From: Bacilli bacterium
GTDB lineage: Bacteria > Bacillota_I > Bacilli_A > RF39 > UBA660
DNA: 64,000 bases
Direction of reading: 5' to 3'
Assembly: GCA_017398945.1 (NCBI GenBank)
Contig: JAFQES010000030.1
Coordinates: 28,586 to 92,585, forward strand
In this document: piece after piece, positions 59,464 through 64,000 of the stretch
Position numbering within the stretch: position 1 is the first letter of the stretch
How the letters are laid out: each line of letters opens with the position of its first letter
Translations under genes and position numbers: made by a program
Notes under the pieces: generated by a model
Database searches by the model: none
Told to the model about the DNA's origin: nothing
Seen by the model: the letters and a program-made list of their open reading frames with translations, nothing else

Positions 59464-60225
59464 ATGTTAGAAATTAAAAATTTAAATGTTGTAGCTGAAA
59501 ATAAAGAAATTTTAAGAGATTTTAATTTGATAATAAACGATAGTGAAATTCATGTTTTAATGGGAAGAAATGGAATTGGTAAAAGTACCATTTGTAAAGT
59601 TTTATTAAAAGACGAAAATTATGAAATTAAAAATGGTAATATTTTATATAATGGTGAAGATGTAACTTTATTAAATACATATGAGATGGCTAATTTAGGT
59701 TTTTATTTAGTTAATCAAAGTCCTTTAGCTATTGAAGGAGTTACAACGGCAGAGATGTTAAGAGCAAGTCTTTTGGCCAAGGGAGATAAAACAAATATTT
59801 TAGAATTTAGTAAAAGTTTAGCAAGCGTCTGTGAAAAGCTTCATTTACCTAAAGAATATGTTCATCGAGATATTAATGTTGGAATGAGTGGTGGAGAACG
59901 TAAAAAATTAGAACTTATTCATCTGTGGATGCTAAAACCTAAATTTATTATTTTAGATGAATTAGATTCAGGATTAGATGTTGATGCTTTAAAATTAGTT
60001 AGTGAATCTTTAAAAGAATATTATGAAATGTATAAACCAAGTATTTTAATTATAACGCATCATCCAAAAATATTAAGTTCTTTAACTCCCGATTTTGTAC
60101 ACATTTTAGATGAAGGAAAAATTGTTAAAACAGGCGATTTAAATTTAGCTTTAGAAGTCGAAAGAAATGGATATAGTAATATTAATAAGGCTAATTTAGT
60201 TAGTGGGCAAGATAAAAATGAATAA
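59464..60225 (+). CDS. sufC: Fe-S cluster assembly ATPase SufC
   Basis: Walker A GRNGIGKST, ABC signature MSGGERKK, Walker B ILDELDSG. Confidence 0.9.
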   Translation: MLEIKNLNVVAENKEILRDFNLIINDSEIHVLMGRNGIGKSTICKVLLKDENYEIKNGNILYNGEDVTLLNTYEMANLGFYLVNQSPLAIEGVTTAEMLRASLLAKGDKTNILEFSKSLASVCEKLHLPKEYVHRDINVGMSGGERKKLELIHLWMLKPKFIILDELDSGLDVDALKLVSESLKEYYEMYKPSILIITHHPKILSSLTPDFVHILDEGKIVKTGDLNLALEVERNGYSNINKANLVSGQDKNE

Positions 60226-60877
60226 ATTGATAGTAGATAAAGAATTATTAATAGAAAATTTTATTGGACAAGTTACTTATAATAACAAGGAAAGTATTTT
60301 AAATATAAAAGGACATTGTATATTATGTGATTATAATTCAGCTAGTGATTTAGTTATTAATTTGGAAGCTAATAGTTCTTTAAATTATTATAGATTAAGA
60401 AATAATCCTTTAAATACTAAAACAATAATTAATCATAACAAAAATAGTCAATGTATTTTTAAAGAAGCAATATTAAATAAAGATAATAATTTTAATTACA
60501 ATATTAATGTTAATATGGATGCTGATAATAGCAGTAATAATGTTTATTTAAGAGTAGTAAATGAATTTGGGTATCTACACATTATTGCTAATGGCAATGT
60601 AAGTAAAGATACAAAAAATAATATTTTATTAGAAGATTTAAGAGGACTTAATTTTAATGATAATAAATTAATAATAGAACCTAATATGCAAATATTAAGT
60701 AATAGTGTAGAAGCTAATCATAATGTAACAATTAGTAATGTTAATAAAGATGATTTGTTTTATTTAAATAGTAAAGGCATAAGTGATTTAGAAGCGATCA
60801 AATTACTTAAAAATGGATTTATTTTAGGAATATTTCCATTAGAGATAAAAGAAGAAATTAAAAAAATTATAGAATAA
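60203..60877 (+). CDS. sufD: Short SufB/SufD-family protein (C-terminal beta-helix region only)
   Basis: HNVTISNVNKDDLFYLNSKGISDLEAIKLLKNGF matches the SufB/D C-terminal motif. Only about 220 aa. The start is ambiguous (GTG 60203 or ATG 60218). Confidence 0.55.
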   Translation: MGKIKMNKLIVDKELLIENFIGQVTYNNKESILNIKGHCILCDYNSASDLVINLEANSSLNYYRLRNNPLNTKTIINHNKNSQCIFKEAILNKDNNFNYNINVNMDADNSSNNVYLRVVNEFGYLHIIANGNVSKDTKNNILLEDLRGLNFNDNKLIIEPNMQILSNSVEANHNVTISNVNKDDLFYLNSKGISDLEAIKLLKNGFILGIFPLEIKEEIKKIIE

Positions 60878-60890
60878 TGGAGGTGATTTA

Positions 60891-62087
60891 ATGAATAGAG
60901 AAGATTTTCCGATGTTAGATAAAGATATTATTTATTTAGATAATGGAGCCACTACTTTAAAACCTAAATGTGTTTTAGATAAAATGAATGATTATTATGA
61001 AAATTATTCTGCTAACGCGCATAGAGGAGATTATGATATTTCTTATAAGGTTGATTTAGAGTATGAAAACACGCGTAATTTAGTAAAGGAATTTATTAAT
61101 GCGAAATATTTAGAAGAAATAGTATTTACTTCTGGTACAACTGAAAGCTTAAATATGATTGCTAATGGATTTTTTGCTAATTATTTAGAAGCTGGTGATG
61201 AAATATTAATCACAACTAGTGAGCATGCTTCTAACGTACTTCCATGGTTTAGATTAGCTAAAAAAATCGGCTGTAAAATTGGATATATTCCGGTAGATGA
61301 TAATTATTATATAACAATAGAGAATGTTTTAAAATCAATCACTCCTCAAACTAAAGTAATAGCTTTAGCGGAAATTACAAATGTTATAGGGGATAAGCGT
61401 CCAATTAAAGAAATAGCCAAGATAGCTCATGAAAGAAATATCTTTGTTGTTGTGGATGGAGCTCAAAGCATACCTCATAAAAAAACTGATGTTCAAGATT
61501 TAGATGTGGATTTTTTAGCTTTTTCAGCTCATAAAATGTGTGGACCAACAGGAGTAGGTGTTCTTTATGGAAAAAAAGCTTTATTAGAACAATTAGAGCC
61601 AGTCAATATGGGTGGAGGAATGAATGAGTCGTTTGATTCGGAAAACGAAGTCTTTTTAAAGAGCTTGCCAACTAGATTAGAAGCTGGAACTCCTAATATT
61701 GCAGGTGTAATTGGATTTGGAGAAGCTATTAAATATTTAACCAATATCGGGATGGATAAAATTAGTGAAACAGAACATAATTTACGAGAATATTTGATTG
61801 ATAAATTAATAAAAATTTCTCATATTGATATTATAAATTTAGAATCAGATAGTGGTATTGTTAGTATTAATGTTGATGGCATTTTTAGTCAAGATGTTGC
61901 TTATTATTTAAATAAATATAATATTTGTGTTAGAGCAGGTAATCATTGTGCTAAGATTATTAAGAAAACAACCGGAGTAGCAAATTCAATACGTATTAGT
62001 TTATATTTTTATAATACTGAATCAGAAGTTGATGAGTTAGTAGAATTACTTTCTAATAAAGATAAAATATTAAAGGAGATGTTATAA
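60891..62087 (+). CDS. sufS: Cysteine desulfurase SufS (class V aminotransferase)
   Basis: SAHKMCGPTGVGVLYGK PLP-Lys motif. C-terminal RAGNHCA active-site Cys loop. Confidence 0.85.
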   Translation: MNREDFPMLDKDIIYLDNGATTLKPKCVLDKMNDYYENYSANAHRGDYDISYKVDLEYENTRNLVKEFINAKYLEEIVFTSGTTESLNMIANGFFANYLEAGDEILITTSEHASNVLPWFRLAKKIGCKIGYIPVDDNYYITIENVLKSITPQTKVIALAEITNVIGDKRPIKEIAKIAHERNIFVVVDGAQSIPHKKTDVQDLDVDFLAFSAHKMCGPTGVGVLYGKKALLEQLEPVNMGGGMNESFDSENEVFLKSLPTRLEAGTPNIAGVIGFGEAIKYLTNIGMDKISETEHNLREYLIDKLIKISHIDIINLESDSGIVSINVDGIFSQDVAYYLNKYNICVRAGNHCAKIIKKTTGVANSIRISLYFYNTESEVDELVELLSNKDKILKEML

Positions 62088-62512
62088 TGGATCCAGAAGT
62101 AAAAAGAGAAATTATAATGGATAACTATTTGAATCCCAAAAACAAAATAAGGATTGAAGATAGTAGTTATGATAAAGTAAATTCTAATAATGAATCTTGC
62201 ATTGATAATATTGATATCTTTGTTAAAGTGACTGATGATATTATTGAAGATATAAAATTTGATGGGGAAGCTTGTGCGATTAGTACTTCTTCAACATCGA
62301 TTATGATAAATAACTTAATTGGACTAAATATAAGTGAAGCCATTAAATATATTGATAATTTCGATAATATGGTTAATGAAAAAGATTATGATAGAGAGTT
62401 ATTAAATGAAGCGATAGTTTATGAAGATATTTATAAACAAAATAATCGCAAACATTGTGCCTTGCTTCCTTATATCGGAATTAGAAAAGTTTTAGAAAAA
62501 TATAGTAAATAA
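62087..62512 (+). CDS. sufU: Fe-S cluster scaffold SufU/NifU-like
   Basis: DGEACAISTSS and CALLP motifs; 141 aa. Confidence 0.8.
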   Translation: MDPEVKREIIMDNYLNPKNKIRIEDSSYDKVNSNNESCIDNIDIFVKVTDDIIEDIKFDGEACAISTSSTSIMINNLIGLNISEAIKYIDNFDNMVNEKDYDRELLNEAIVYEDIYKQNNRKHCALLPYIGIRKVLEKYSK

Positions 62513-62521
62513 CTTTACATA

Positions 62522-62550
62522 TTGTAAAAATGTTAGTTCTATGATAATAT
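62522..62550 (+). promoter_or_regulatory. Sigma-A-type promoter for antitoxin sRNA B (TTGTAA-17-TAATAT)
   Basis: TTGTAAaaatgttagttctatgaTAATAT, positionally homologous to the copy-A antitoxin promoter. Confidence 0.4.
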
Positions 62551-62556
62551 TAGTAT

Positions 62557-62728
62557 GTAAGCAAGGAAACTTGCATAAAATAAAAAAGAGGAAACATTCA
62601 GTTTGGAAGTTGAATGTCTACCTCAAATAATATGGATAGACATTTAAGTCATAGTGATATGAACCTCATTTCCTTGTCCAAGAAATGGGGTTCATATCAA
62701 AGTCATGGACTTAAGTGTCATTTTTTTA
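62557..62728 (+). ncRNA. Candidate antitoxin sRNA B, convergent and antisense to the toxin-B stop codon and 3' UTR
   Basis: Hairpins gcaag-gaaac-cttgc and gagg..cattcag-tttggaag-ttgaatg..cctc. The terminator stem gacatttaagtc/gacttaagtgtc encloses an extra inserted hairpin (gatatgaacc...ggttcatatc) and is followed by T7. About 85% identical to the reverse complement of the copy-A element in its conserved blocks. Confidence 0.45.
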
Positions 62729-62813
62729 TTACAACTATTATCATTAATAGAAGGAATAAAATTATGGCTAGCAAAAATAATACTTTACAAACGTATTCAC
62801 GTTTTTTCACCAT
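62718..62813 (-). CDS. Type I toxin-like small hydrophobic peptide, copy B (31 aa: MVKKREYVCKVLFLLAIILFLLLMIIVVIKK)
   Basis: GGAAGGAGGT RBS. Paralog of the 5899..5991 peptide with a conserved KVL...IILFLL.IMIVVIKK core. The anti-SD ACCTCC in the 5' UTR can pair with the RBS. Confidence 0.55.
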   Translation of the reverse strand: MVKKREYVCKVLFLLAIILFLLLMIIVVIKK

Positions 62814-62876
62814 AGCACCTCCTTCCTAAAATAGAATGGAGGTAGACACTCAAACAACTGATTATTTCCTAAAACA

Positions 62877-62906
62877 ATTATACAATAAGTAAACTTATGA
62901 TATCAA
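62877..62906 (-). promoter_or_regulatory. Putative promoter of toxin-B mRNA (TTGATA-18-TATAAT)
   Basis: Reverse complement reads TTGATAtcataagtttacttattgTATAAT. Confidence 0.4.
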
Positions 62907-62916
62907 GGTAATTAAT

Positions 62917-62946
62917 AAAAAAATCATCAAAAATTGATGATTTTTA
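62917..62946. terminator. Bidirectional terminator downstream of rnj
   Basis: aaaaatcatcaa aaa ttgatgattttt. Confidence 0.65.
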
Positions 62947-64000
62947 TATGCCTTCGCGTACTTCCATAATTACTGGTAAGATGATAGGTCTTCTTCCAGT
63001 AAGTTCATTTATATATGGATGTAATTCTAAAATTATTTGATTTTTTAAATCAGTAAAACTATATGTATTTTTTTGTAAATAATTAACTACAATGTCATTA
63101 ACTTTATGTTCAATTTTATTAATTAGATCAGGATTTTCATTTACCATGATAAACCCTCTTGTGGTAATATTTGGTTTTATTAATAATTTTCTAGTCATTG
63201 GATTTATGTTTAAGATTGTAACTAAAATACCATCTTTACTCATTAATTTACGATCTTTAATTACAACGCTACCTACATCACCAATTCTTGAACCATCAAC
63301 ATATACATCTCCTGCTTGGATAGTACCATTTTTTCTTACGCCATCTTTAGATAATTCAACAACATCACCATTTTTACAGATTAAGATGTTATTTTCATCA
63401 ATGTCACAACTAACAGCAATATCTCCATGTTCCTTTAACATACGATATTCACCATGCATTGGCATAAAGTATTCTGGTTTAATGATTCGAAGCATCCATT
63501 TTAATTCTTCTTGTTTAGCGTGCCCTGAAGTATGAATATCACTAAATTCGCTATTTGTAAAAACTTTAACACCTTTTAAATATAATTTGTTAATAATGCG
63601 ATTGATACTAGCGGCGTTTCCAGGAATAGGACTAGATGAGAAAACAACTAAGTCATCAGGTAGTAAGCTAATTTGTTTATGAACTCCATTAGCTATTCTT
63701 GATAAAGCTGCTAGAGGTTCTCCTTGGGAACCAGTACATAAAATACATACTTCATTTTTCTTTAAGTCTTTAGCTACATTATTTTCAACAAATACTGATT
63801 TGTCTTTGATAAGGCCATTATTGACTGCTAAGTCAATACTTGTTTCCATGCTACGCCCAAAGGTAACTATTTTACGATTATTATTGCGGCAAGTTTCAAC
63901 AATATGTTTAATACGATAAATATTAGAAGCAAATGTGGCAATGATTACGCGTCCATGATGACTAGATATAATGTCATTTAATGTTTCATCGACACAACTT
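62944..64000 (-). CDS. rnj: Ribonuclease J, C-terminal portion (gene continues beyond the window end; 5' end not in window)
   Basis: Beta-CASP/RNase J motifs (HGRVIIATFASNIYRI, DIHTSGHAKQEELKWM, PMHGEYRML). The frame stays open to nt 64000. Confidence 0.85.
   Translation of the reverse strand, partial: SCVDETLNDIISSHHGRVIIATFASNIYRIKHIVETCRNNNRKIVTFGRSMETSIDLAVNNGLIKDKSVFVENNVAKDLKKNEVCILCTGSQGEPLAALSRIANGVHKQISLLPDDLVVFSSSPIPGNAASINRIINKLYLKGVKVFTNSEFSDIHTSGHAKQEELKWMLRIIKPEYFMPMHGEYRMLKEHGDIAVSCDIDENNILICKNGDVVELSKDGVRKNGTIQAGDVYVDGSRIGDVGSVVIKDRKLMSKDGILVTILNINPMTRKLLIKPNITTRGFIMVNENPDLINKIEHKVNDIVVNYLQKNTYSFTDLKNQIILELHPYINELTGRRPIILPVIMEVREGI

Noticed and set aside
62614-62829. 71-aa ORF on the + strand, from the supplied track
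   Set aside because: It is the antisense reading of the conserved toxin-B peptide gene and overlaps the predicted antitoxin sRNA and its terminator. It has no RBS and no conservation with copy A in this frame.
5832-62906. Composite transposon bounded by the two inverted about 300-nt repeats
   Set aside because: No transposase lies between or next to the repeats. The enclosed genes are mostly core (murC, nrdDG, suf). The repeats are better explained as paralogous type I TA loci.
1-64000. CRISPR arrays, tRNA genes, rRNA genes
   Set aside because: No regularly spaced direct repeats of 25-40 nt were seen. No tRNA-like T-arm/acceptor signatures such as GGTTCGAATCC, and no rRNA-like conserved stretches.

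Overview
This is an AT-rich, low-GC Firmicutes-type chromosomal segment. TGA is used as a stop codon, so it is not a code-4 Mollicute. No rRNA, tRNA, CRISPR array, transposase or integrase is visible.

Genes seen, in order:
- a truncated sensor-kinase 3' end
- an unknown 514-aa protein with an overlapping 57-aa upstream ORF
- prs, a PduL-like phosphotransacylase, dus, and an NPP-type phosphodiesterase/radical-SAM pair
- murC
- an anaerobic class III ribonucleotide reductase (RNR) operon: a degenerate NrdD-like ATP-cone paralog, nrdG, nrdD fused to a glutaredoxin-like domain, then trxB
- an LCP-family protein (18648..20585) followed by two surface proteins, one with dockerin-like repeats
- a roughly 15.5 kb surface-polysaccharide locus at 24.3-39.7 kb. 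It contains yvcK, a WecA/TagO-like initiating transferase, the complete UDP-L-FucNAc pathway (FnlA/B/C = CapE/F/G-like), GT2 and GT4 glycosyltransferases, a GT4-Wzy fusion and Wzx. It ends in a frameshifted glycosyltransferase pseudogene on the opposite strand.
- a roughly 9.5 kb orphan cluster at 41.8-51.3 kb. It contains a PARP/Tpt1-like ADP-ribosyltransferase-fold protein, paralogous proteins built of tandem sigma-70 region-4-like HTH repeats, and large helical-repeat proteins.
- uppP, an acyltransferase, a degenerate hybrid kinase/receiver, and a minimal sufC, sufD-like, sufS, sufU set
- the 3' end of RNase J

The most notable observation is two diverged, inverted copies of a roughly 280-330 nt non-coding module, at 5.83-6.11 kb and 62.52-62.91 kb. 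Each copy has a promoter, a structured 5' UTR whose anti-SD segment can pair with its own AGGAGG, and a 30-31-aa hydrophobic peptide ending in KK. Each also has a convergent promoter with a near-consensus -10 (TATAAT in copy A, TAATAT in copy B). That promoter drives an about 120-170-nt antisense RNA that overlaps the peptide's stop codon and 3' UTR and ends in a shared bidirectional terminator. This is the architecture of a type I toxin-antitoxin locus of the txpA/ratA or bsrG/SR4 kind, and it is missed by the ORF track. The track instead calls a spurious 71-aa ORF on the wrong strand of copy B.
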